Origin: Azolla caroliniana
Taxonomy: Eukaryota; Plantae; Polypodiophyta
Direction: 5' to 3'
DNA: 64,000 bases
NCBI GenBank assembly: GCA_043228905.1
Contig: JBHGNT010000022.1
Location: forward strand, 6,758,001-6,822,000
Shown one piece after another: positions 24,370 to 35,545 of this stretch (the first letter of the stretch is position 1; each line of letters starts with the position of its first letter). The notes below the pieces were generated by a model. The model had not been told where the DNA came from, made no database searches, and saw only the letters and a list, made by a program, of their open reading frames with translations. Both the position numbers and the translations under genes were made by a program.

Positions 24370-27300
24370 ATGCCTCTTACCGCCTCAGCAGAAACCCGCG
24401 CCTGGCTCCAGGAACGAGGAATGGGCGGTTACCTGAAGATCATCGATGCCCCCGCGCACCCAGATGCCCAAACAGTGGCGAAACGTATAAGTCCCGAAGC
24501 CATCACCAACAACGTGCTTCGGGCTGTTTTGGACCTGCAATGGGGAGGGGACCATGAGGTCGACATACCCCCGGCATCAAAGATGAAGGCGTACTTCGGT
24601 GAGTACTCAGCCACAGGGAAGGCATATCGCACGTATGGCGGGCCCAACAAAGCTTTCGGGGAGATTGCTCGTATCTTGATGGAGTATGCGTTCGTGCATA
24701 CGAACCCAACGAGCATGCCGCAGAACAAGGCAGCCATCATCATCAGCGCTTATGAAGGAAACAGAATCGATTGGGGAATCATCACAGGCGAAGGACTCCG
24801 TGCCGCCTTAGCTTCATTTCTGTCCGGTAAGAAGATGTTTTCTGTTCTTACCCACTTTTTGATGGTGCTATACCCACCCTCTTCGCTTCCTTCCCCTCGC
24901 GCACTCACGTCCCCACCACCACCACGAAGGCAGAGAGAGAAATTCGTAGCCATCAGCCACGAAGCATGGGAGGAGCCCACATCGCCTTCACCCCCTGCCG
25001 CCGACCAGAAAACCGCATTTGCTCCACCACCCGCCCAACCCCAACAAAAAAGGGTAGTTTTCGAGACCTGCCAAGAATGGGAGGGGGAGGTAGCCGCGGC
25101 AGACAACACGGCAGCCAACGTTGCGCCCCTCGGTAATGTCCCCAGGATCTAGCCCACGCTCCAACACACAGCAGGCTGCACCACCAAGACCCCAGAAAAG
25201 GAAGCAGGCGGAGGAAACAACACTACCGGCTCCGGAACCCCAAACACAACCAAGCAAAAGAAGACGACTCAACCGCAAGTCCTCGGAAGAACAGAAGGAG
25301 CCACATCAGGAGCAAGCCTTAGTGGTCAGACAGAGCAACCTGGCCATCACCCCTGCGGAGGCATCGCTGAACCAGGGAACGATCGAGCATGGGCAGACAA
25401 CACAGATCTCGGAGGATGAAGTCCTCGGGTATAAGAACCTCCCCGCGGAGGCTTATGAATTTAGTGCGCTCCTCCGACTCGGTATGTCATTCGAGCTGGT
25501 CGACTTCCTTGCCAGAGCCCAAGTCGCGGCAGCCGCTCGGATGGCGGAAGAGCACGCCGAAACAAAAATGATTCAACGTGCGCTAATAGGTGAAATTGAG
25601 CCCCAGGAGGACAGGGCTTTACAAGAAATCGGGAGGAAGAAGCAGGCAAAACAGGCCGCTCTCCTCATGGAGGTCCCCGAGTTGAACACGGCCCTTATCA
25701 AGGCATATCGGGACCTGGATCGCACTACGCGGGCAGCCAAAGACATGGGCCGAAAGATAAAAGTAGCCCAAAAACAGGCTAAGATGGCTACAGAACTATG
25801 GCACGCTGCAAACAGAAGTTGGCAGCCTGGGAGCAAAACCGGCTAGAACAACAAGTCCCGAGCCTTCCAGTAACGACCACCGAGTCCCTCCCAGTGCCTC
25901 CACGCATAACGATGATGGATGAAAGCACCATCACCGACTCCATCCTGAAGGTGTAGGCCAGTACACAAACGGACTCGTTACAAATGGTCGATGCCTGCAC
26001 AACAACCGAGGCGGCCACGGCCGTGGAGCAAACCGAACTACCCGCACCTTGTGCAACCAAGGAGGTGGCAACCCAGACAGAACCCCCGCTCCGGGATTAC
26101 CATGTGGAGCTTAAAGAAGAAGAACGGCGAACCGAGAGACACGAGCAACGGCATCAAGAGGCGATGGCTCGCCTAAAAGAAGAAGCTTCCAAGCAGATGG
26201 CCGAGATAAGAGCCCAGGCTGACCAAAGGATACACGAGCAGAACGAAGCACTGGGCCGGGTACAAGTGCAAGCCGCGGCCAAGGAAGCCGAACTCAAAAG
26301 CAAGCTGGAGGAATACGCATCCACAGTAGTGAAGAAAGAGACGGAAGTTCTAGACCTACAGGCCGCGCTCGACAATGCACATGACTGGAACCAGCGGCAA
26401 GAGGAAAGAAATCGCGAACGGGAGGAGAGGATGAACGCGGAGAATGTCGAGCTGTAGAGTCAGCGTACGACCCTTAAAGAGATGGCTGACGAGTTTTTCA
26501 TCAAATGCAAGCTACTTTCGGAGCAAAAAGACACCTTATCGGATTCCTACTTCGCCCTTCAAGAAGAGAGAATCGTCGAACGGGAACAAATCCGGGCCAC
26601 GTGTCAGAAAGAACGGGAGCAGGCCACCGAAGAACTAACCAAGCGTTACGAGCAGGCTCTCCAGCTCGTAACCGCGGATGCAAAGAACAGTCAGGCCATC
26701 TATGAGCTAAGGACACAGAATATTCAAGCCGAGGTCGACGGTTTAAAACAGGAATTAGCAGCCATCCGAGCACAGCCTGGCATGGATGAGACACGCATCC
26801 GCATACTGCTCGAGGAACAGCGCCAGCACCTTACCAAAAAAGTCGAGGAAGCATTAAGTCGCGCGGGAGACGAATGGGTAGCCCAAGCTGCCGAATTGCA
26901 TATTTTACGCGCCGACGCCGAGAACCGACAGAAGGAGGGCCGCGGCTTCTACAAAATGGACGAAGCCAACATTCAAAACCTGCGTGCAGATTTAACCGAG
27001 GATTACCAGTCCCTGGCAAAATCTCACACCACGACAATCGAGCAAATAATGGAGGACTTCAATGACGGTCAGATGTTGTTTCGCCTGGAAGGAGAAGCCT
27101 TAGAACGAGAACGACTCGCAGCCATCCCCACCAGCCCTCCAACAGCCACAGAGCAGAAAGAAGAACCTCTCAGCAAGGCGATCATAGACACAGCACAGGA
27201 GGAACTTGCCCCGGCCAACAGAAACCCCTTGGACGCCCACACGGTACCAGAGCCTGTCAAAGGAGAGGTCAGCGCCCACGAACCCACACCCCCACCAGAA

Positions 27301-27444
27301 GAATCGGCCGCACCCGAGGCGAACGCCCGAGAAGATATGCCACCCCCAGACCAAACTCAACACCCCGCACCGACAGTCCAACCAGACCACCCTGCCACCA
27401 CCCCGGACCCCGAAAGCATCCTCGACATCTTAAAGGAGGAATGA
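24370..27444 (+). pseudogene. Large accessory ORF (~1000 codons) of family D: conserved N-terminal domain, Pro-rich/NLS, TQT motifs, coiled coil
   Basis: Abutting ORFs 24184-25152, 25121-25846, 25984-26457, 26482-27444 (two frameshifts, two TAGs); N-terminal domain homologous to the - strand copy at 46690-46860 and 51160-51330. Confidence 0.8.
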
Positions 27445-30400
27445 AACGAGGATCACGGCTAAAAGGCCATTTTTGTAATATTGTAGTATTTTGTAAGTCG
27501 TGGGTCCGACGGACCAGGTCCTGTCCCACGGGCGTGCCAGGTGTTGTCCAGAGGACAGAAATGTAAAATTAGGAAATTAGCAAACGCCGAGTCTGAGTAT
27601 CACAGGCCACCGATGGCTGGGTTGTGTGATAGGGGAAAAGTTATTTAAACGAGGAGCAGTACCTCAGAAAAAGAGAGCGAAAAACTATAGGTGGAAGCAC
27701 TAGCTTGGTCATTCGTAATTAGATACACTCGTAAGGTCACCGGCCATAGGCCGTGTTCTGTAATCTTTCCTGCCATAGTAATATATCTTAATTGTGCCTA
27801 TTTTTTCTGCATCAGTCTGTGGTTCGATCTATACCTATGAGTTTCACGCCGCCACGTCTATCAAAACCTCGCTAGTGTTTTTTCTCTAAGCCCTGTATCT
27901 CTCTTGACGCGTCTGTACGAGCCTTCACGTACCACGCCCTTGAAGACCGATAGACGCAGATCTATCAAAGGTGTTCACCCAAAGGAACGGGTAACAAATT
28001 GTTGGGGCTTATCCACTCAAGTGGAGCCCACAACATTGAGTCGGCTGAATGCATAATGATGCGCCATTCATTGTACCCGTACCGAATGATGGGATTTTTC
28101 TAACAGGTGGATCAACACAACTTCTGGTTCTCCAATTTCATGGCCCTCGTGGCCGAGGTTTTCGGAGGTCCCTCTTTGCTCCTAGCAACATCGAATTCAC
28201 TTTGATCCGATGTATCAACCTGACTTCTGTTGTCGTAGTATACTTCATATACTATGTGAAATATATACGGAGTACCTAATTAACTAAGTATAAAGAAATA
28301 GGAGAAAACACTAAAATATTTATGTTACATGCATAGGCTAGGATTTAAACCCTGTACCTCCATATTGACAATTCCTTGACTTAACATTGTACTAATACAT
28401 TATGAGTATTAAAGTTGTAGATTTTAGTTACACAAAACTTTATCTTACGTAAATATTTTAGATAAGCATGATAGAAAGGTCATTCATGCATAAACTCGAG
28501 TTAAAAGAAAAAACATAATAGAAGGAGCTTCATGTACATCGAGTGTGCATGGACACTTGTGTTAAAAAAAAAGAAAAAGAAAAAGAATGTACAAAAAACT
28601 AGGACATCTAGCGTGCATGACCACTCGAGTTAGAGAAAAAAGCATGATGCTTGCATGTAGTAGGATATACCATGTCTCTCCCATCACTATATACTGATGG
28701 TGGGAGCAAATTGTAATGGTTGTTGTTGATTTGGCTTTCTAAATATTGATGAAATTGACTATATTCAGGTGATTCCCAATTTTCGATCTATCTTTTCTAA
28801 TCTAATCCAATTTACTATTAGAATTTTAAGGGTTGAATAATATAATACAATACACTCATGGGGTTTACAAGTTTTCGATATCTCTTTCTTATAATATACA
28901 CATATTCTTATTAGCCTTTACACTCTCCTTCTAGTCCATAACCTCAACGGTTTCCATCCGACTCACACAACGATCCGGCGCCGAAAATCATGACACATTT
29001 GGTGAACCTGACGTGAAAGTGAGTGGCAAGGAAATCGAGAATCAAAAAGAGGCTAACTACATGATGACGATGTTGGAGCAGATGCTACAAGAACAATGGG
29101 CGATGTCGGAGATTGTGGCGGTAGTGGAGCGGCTCATGGAACTGAACGGGCAATTCGATGAAAAGGATGTGTCACATTATCTATGGGACTACTAGGCAGA
29201 GATGTTGCGGTGCGGAATATCGGAAGCATTGCAGGTGACATCCTTCAATTGGGTGGTTACCGATGGGCTTCATGGGAGTATCCACGGGATACGACAACAA
29301 AATTTGATGTGGGCGGCATTTGAAGAAGCGTTGAAGACCACGTTCACTATTCAGGACTCCTCCAAGGCAACACGGAGAGGATTCGAAGATTGGGTGGAAA
29401 CACTGGACAAGGGGCTTAAGGTCCTCCATGTGTTTTTGGCATTCGAAAGTCGATTCGCTAGGCTGTCTGCAAGAAATCAAGCTATCCTCACACCGGACAA
29501 AGTGAGCATGTTCTTACGAGCCATGGACATCCGGTATTGGAAACATCTTGGAGTGCTTCTGGAGGATACCACTACTGAGAGTGGTCTCACCAATACATAG
29601 GAAAATGTGCGGGACATCGTCATTCGATACACAAAGAGGGGGCAATGGCTCGGTAATGTAGAAAAGAGAATTTCGGAACCAATCTCGAGACCAAAACCCG
29701 GATTGGAAGATCACCAACCATGACCTCAGGAGACTACGGTGGAGAAGCGAATTGATGCAACCACTATGGCACAATTGTTGAAGGAGATGGAGAATCTGAG
29801 AATCGTATGGTGAAGAAGTCGGAAGACCATCCCACAAGTTCCAAGTATATGGATCGTCGATGCATACGGTGTGATAGCATCGAACATGATCTGAAGGATT
29901 GCGATAAGCACAAGGAGGCTCTAGGACAGGATCTCATCTACTATGAGGGAAATCATATCCATTCGATGGACTCTTGGAAGCCACTTCAACTGAAGTTCCA
30001 AAAACGCGAATCGTCTTTCTGGCCGGAAGTGCTAGAAATCTCCAAGAAAACAGACTCTGATGAGATCTAAAGCACTGCAGAAGGCATCCGATAAGTGATG
30101 GGAAGGGAGTGTCCCACATATAAGAATAGCATACACGCCATATGTCAATTACATGAGGTGTATGTAGATGAGAAACGATGGCGCACGAATGGTGTGGCCG
30201 GATCGTCGATGACAACGAAGAGCTGGAATTCCGAAGGAAAAGGTAAAGGGAAACCGATTCCGGCGTTCAAAATCGCCTCGAACATCGAACAATAGATGGA
30301 CCTAAAGCAGGTGTTTGAAGAGAGAATCCTTGATGGTCGGGTGGAATTATCTCTCTTGAAATTCCTTGGAATAGCAAAGAAAGAGTTCCACGATCTCCTC

Positions 30401-33400
30401 CTGGATCTCATGAAAAGAAAGAGGCAAGCTACGGAGGAATCAAATGCTCCACGGGTGAATGCGAATACCATAATGAACGACATGGAAGTAGAGGATACAA
30501 AGCCACACTGGACACGAGCAGCTATGGAGACTCCAGTCCGAATTGGAAACATCAAACAGCCTGTAGTTGCGTTGATTGATCATGGATCAGATATTAGTCT
30601 GATGTTCAAGGAGTTCTACCGGAAGCGGAAGTAGCCTATTAACACCAATCATGGATGGGATGGAAGATCCGGGCAACCACTAAAGCAACAAAAGACCTCT
30701 TTGCGGCTTGTCCGGATGTGACGGTGAAGATCGGAGATGTGGAGATTGACCAAAATCTCTTCGTGCAAGATGAGGTCTCACATTCCGTGATCCTCGGGCA
30801 AGCCTTTATCACCACCTCACGAATGGAAACAAAGGTGCTCGATAGCGGAGAGACTTTTGCACAGGTTTGGAACCAAAGCGGAGGGAAAACCGTCCAATTC
30901 CTAACTATGCAATCGAATCATGGAAGGAACAAGAGAGAGCTCTTGTCCCAAATAAAAATGGATTTTTAAAGCAGACTGTTGCAGAGTGGGGAAGTGATAG
31001 TCCGAGAAGCCCCAATACCCCACACAGGATGATAACTCTTAGAGTGAAACCAGTGCGAATCAGTTTGGATGGGGCATCTACGTACATGGTCGTGACCAGA
31101 GAAATGAAGAGAGAACTCCGGAAGATGTAGGATGAGCTATGGTCTGCATCAATTATAAAAGAGGACGAAGGAATCATGGGTGTGGTCGAAGAAGTGTTCT
31201 ATGGGAACACACTACAATGACTTGAAGAGCTTGCGGAAGAGAATAGCCAAAAAGATCGGCTAGTTCCGGTGGTATCGGTTGAGATGTACGAGATCATTGC
31301 TGAAATGGGGTTGGATGTGCTCTGCAAAGAAGATGCAATGGTGTCTACGAAATATAAGACCGTGGAAAAGAAGGTGAAACCGTATGTGGGACCATTACCC
31401 GCCAATAGTGAACAAAAGAGGAAAGAAGTCTCGGGAGATCCAAAACTTCGAAAGTCCGTGGATATCGGACATACCTTCACGAATCAGACCCGGAAGAAAC
31501 TCCGGATCGGTGGAGATGGGTTCCTCTTAACAAATAAAGGAGAACGATTATGTGAGATGTTGGAGCATCATGGAAAATCGTTTGCATTCACATCAAGAGA
31601 GATAGGGTGTGTCGATCCGAAGATAATGGAGCCGATGGTGATCTTCACGACTGAACATGTGTCATGGAACCTGACGTTGATTCTGGTGTCATGGGTGCAT
31701 AATCCAAGAATCATTGACGTGCTCAAGGAGAAGGTGGCGATGGGGATTCTAGAGCCATCAAATGCTCCGTACTCAAATCTATGGTTTACAGTTCCGAAGA
31801 AGAATGGGCCACTCCAGTTCATTCAAGATTTGCAAACCGGTGAACAAGGTCACGATCTGGAACTCTGGAGTTGGTCCGATAGTGGATGAATTTGCGGAAT
31901 TGTTTGCCAGACATGCGATATACTCCATCGGAGGCCTATACTCAGGGTATGACAAATTCCAACTAGTTGTGGAGAGACCAAATATCAATACAATGTAGAC
32001 ACCGATAGGATTAGTTCGGATATGCACGGTACCACAAGGAGCGACAAACTGAGTCGCACATATGATGAATGCGATGAACAAGGTGCTCCACGATTGCATT
32101 CCGGAGATAACAATGTCATTCCTAGATTACATTCCGATGAAAGGATGTGCGGTGGAAGAAAAAGATGAGAATATGGATGATCGGGGATGTTGAAAGTTTG
32201 TAGTCGACCATATTCATGATTGTGAGAAAGTGCTACAGAAGTTAGAAGATATGCACTTAACACTCTCCGGAGAGAAATCAACATTCGGACAAAAAGAGAT
32301 ATTGGTAGTCGGACATCTATGTGGACCCTACGGCTGAAGACCGTCACTAGTCATGATCGATGCAATTCAAGATATGAAAGAAATATGTGAGTCACAATCC
32401 GAAGTCCGTAGATTTCTTGGTGCATGTGCATTTTATCACATATGAATTCCTCACTATGCACACATTGCGGATCCAATCTATCACTTGCTGCGGAAGGGTA
32501 AGAAGTTCGAATGGAGACCGGAACATACCAAAGCCATGAAGAAGCTCAAGAAAACACTACGGAGGGCAAAAGCACTTCAGAACCTGAACTATGACCGACC
32601 GATACCGGGATTAGATGGGTCATCAACCAAGTTGACTCGGATGGTTCACGCTAACCAATTCAATTCGGATCAAACGTTCTCAATGAAAGCCAACGCGGAT
32701 ATGCACAAGTTAAAAGAGAATTATGGAGAGTCACGTCAGCAATAAAACCGGATCGACATTATTTGATCGGAGTCGAAGTAGTGATCGAAACGGATTGTCT
32801 TCCAATACTCGGGATGATGCGATGTTGCACGGTACCGGATGTGGCTATGCTAAGATGGATTGCATATGTAAAGTCACTTAATCCGGTGGTTCGACACATC
32901 TCGGGAAAAAACAACATAGTAGCGGATATGTTGTCAAGGGCCCGGTTCGAAGATGACATAGTCAAATCGGATAATGAAGAAGTTTCCGAAGACTACTTTA
33001 CTTCGGAGCACATATGTCGGGTGAACGTAATTCGGGAGTTCTGGGAAGAAGAATACGAGGGAGAGAGCTTACTGATTGGGAAAGTGCTACAAGAAATCGA
33101 GGAATCATCGGATAATAAGGAGAAGAGAGTCGAGATCCAATGGAAGAAACGGCAAGTCCAGAAGTTCTTCTTGAACAATGGATTAATTTGGAGGGAGCTG
33201 AAAAGACCGAATGGTACACCACTCCAGGTAGTCTGCACAAAGGAATAACAGAAACACATAATATTTGAATTTCACAAATCCAATTGGGTTGGACATCGGG
33301 GAACATGTGCAACATTTGGAAAGATGAAGCAAAATAATTGGTGGAAGAATATGTACAAAGATGTATCGGAGTTCACCAAAAGTTGTGAGAAATGTCAAAT

Positions 33401-33909
33401 CTACTCCGGAGTTCATCATCGAGACGAATTACATCCGACATTCTCACTGACAATCAACTTTAAGTTGATGGTCGACATCGTGGCCATGCCAACCAGGATC
33501 GGACAAAAGAAGTACTTGGTGTTAGCTAGGGAAGATTTGACGAACCAAGTAGAAGGTCGAGCACTATGGAGAAAAACATGTTCTGTAGTATGCCAATTTC
33601 TCTTGGAAGAAGTGTTTTGCATGTATGGGTGCGTAGGACAACTGCCTGTGGATCAGGGAGAACTTGACTCTGATAAAGCTAGGGAATTCTTCGCCAAACA
33701 TGGAGTACGACTCACACTAACCACAACATACAATCCAGAAACAAACGGGAAGATCCAACGAGGACATAGTCTGATCGTTAAAGCACTTGCAAAAGTATGT
33801 GACAGAAGGGTGAAGAATTGGCCTCAGATGCTTCCGTATGCCCTATGGACGGATTGCACAACGCATAGTTCCGTGACCGGTTACATGTTAGCAAAACTTA
33901 TGACCGGAC

Positions 33910-34760
33910 CAAGGTTGTTAGGTACGTTAGGTACGGTACGGATACCATACGTATTTAACATATTAATACCCGTATAGTACCTCCCAATTTAAAAATACGT
34001 TAAATACGTTTTCTTAATATGTTAAATACTTATAAAATACATAAAATACGTATTTTACGTATAATACGTTAAATACTTCTAGATTTTGAAAACTATTTAC
34101 CTTTCTAAAAAATATCTATAATATTGTAAAAAACATCTATGTTTACACAATTTTGTGATGTACAATATAGTTCTACATCCTAAAATGCATATAAGACATT
34201 TAAACATTTCACATCCTAAAATACTTGTAGTAATATGGATGTCGACATTTCCTTATTCTATAAATCACTGTAAGTGTGTATCACGATGTTCTACTTCAAA
34301 TTGTAATTATTTACAATTATGCCTTCATAGATTGAGGAATTTTCTACGATTATCACACTCATGATAGGTTTCTCTTTTCTTCATTTTCTTCTTCTTCTTC
34401 TTCTTCTTCTTCTTCTTCTTCTTCTTCTATCTTCCGCGATTATCACACTCAAGACAGGTTTATGTCTTCTTTTCTCTCTTCTTCATCTTCTTCATCGTCG
34501 TCTCTTCTATTCTTCTTTCTTCCTTCCTTTGGCTTCTTTTTCACTAAAATCTTTTTCTTCTTTTGCTTTTTGTTAGGGTTTTACTTACATTTTCTTTAGA
34601 AATACGTATTATACCTGTTTTTTTATAAATACGTTAAATATTGTATTGGACAAATGTACATGATATTTGACTGAACAACATTGAGGTATAGTACGTACTA
34701 TACAAATGATGAGGTACTATACGTATTTAAACGTTAAATACGGCTATGTAAACAACCATG
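33910..34760. mobile_element. Non-autonomous hAT-type DNA transposon (MITE), 8-bp TSD GACCGGAC
   Basis: TIRs CAAGGTTGTT / AACAACCATG; TSD at 33902-33909 and 34761-34768; many subterminal AAATACG motifs; AT-rich with (CTT)n; interrupts integrase. Confidence 0.9.
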
Positions 34761-35477
34761 GACCGGACAAGCTCTGCTAATGCCTACGGAAACATCATCT
34801 GCAACATGGACAATGCTACCGTGGAAGGAAGAGATAAGCCGGGAAGAACTACTAGCGGTTCAGATATGACAACTAAAAGGAAGACCAGAAGACATAGCGG
34901 AAGTGATACGCGGACAACAAGAAGCGTGATTCGACACAAAGCACCTTCTAAGACCACAGAAGATTGAAGAAGGAGATTGGGTGATAGTCTAGGACAATAG
35001 TTTGGATCATCAACACAACTGGATACGGAAGTTCGCTAAAAGATGATTCGGATGATACGAAGTTTGATAGGTATTCAACAACGGAACTTACCGGCTAAGT
35101 GAGCTAGATGGAACAATACTTCGATTGCCTATAGCGGGAAAGCGGGTGAAGATTTTCAAGAAGCGAAGTGACGACGAACCCTACGTAATCTTAGACAAAA
35201 CCAACATAGAGGAGCAATCAGACAAGGATCACGGAAGAGCGGAAAGCGAAGAAAATAGGCCGAAATTAATAGCCAACATAGTGGGAGAATCGAAGAGTGC
35301 AACGAATGAAGAAGGATAATGAGTATCCGCAATTTCGGCACATACCAAAGGATGTGCACGTTTGGAGGGGCTGAATATCATAGTATACTTTGTATACTAC
35401 GTGAAATATATACGGAGTACCTAATTAACTAAGTATAAAGAAATAGGAGAGAACACTAAAGTAATTATGTTACATGC

Positions 35478-35545
35478 ATAGGGCAAGATTTGAACCCTCT
35501 ACCTCCATGTTAACAATCTCATGCCTTACTATTGGACTAACACAT
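35478..35545 (-). promoter_or_regulatory. tRNA-like Pol III A-box/B-box module in LTR (counterpart ~28330-28400)
   Basis: - strand TAGTCCAATAGTAAGG...TTGTTAA...AGGTAGAGGGTTCAAATC with tRNA-like spacing. Confidence 0.6.

Larger units (their letters stand above)
21818..27996 (+). mobile_element. Athila-like non-chromovirus Ty3/gypsy (family D), 5'-truncated: RT connection, RNase H, integrase, accessory ORF, probable 3' LTR ~27442-27996
   Basis: VFVDASDIAIG, NYSTTEREAL, DFVGP/SDQG/NGLAE, RWTGPF motif; purine tract AAAGGAGGAA then TG...GTAACA. Confidence 0.9.

Noticed and set aside
25984-27444. Captured host myosin/SMC-like gene
   Set aside because: Intronless, collinear with the element, ends at the PPT and continues an ORF conserved in another TE copy; coiled-coil likeness is compositional
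34361-34576. Signal-peptide-like Leu-rich ORF
   Set aside because: Artefact of the (CTT)n tract inside the MITE
35478-35545. Functional tRNA-Asn gene
   Set aside because: Acceptor and anticodon stems do not pair well and it lies in an LTR; kept only as a tRNA-like module
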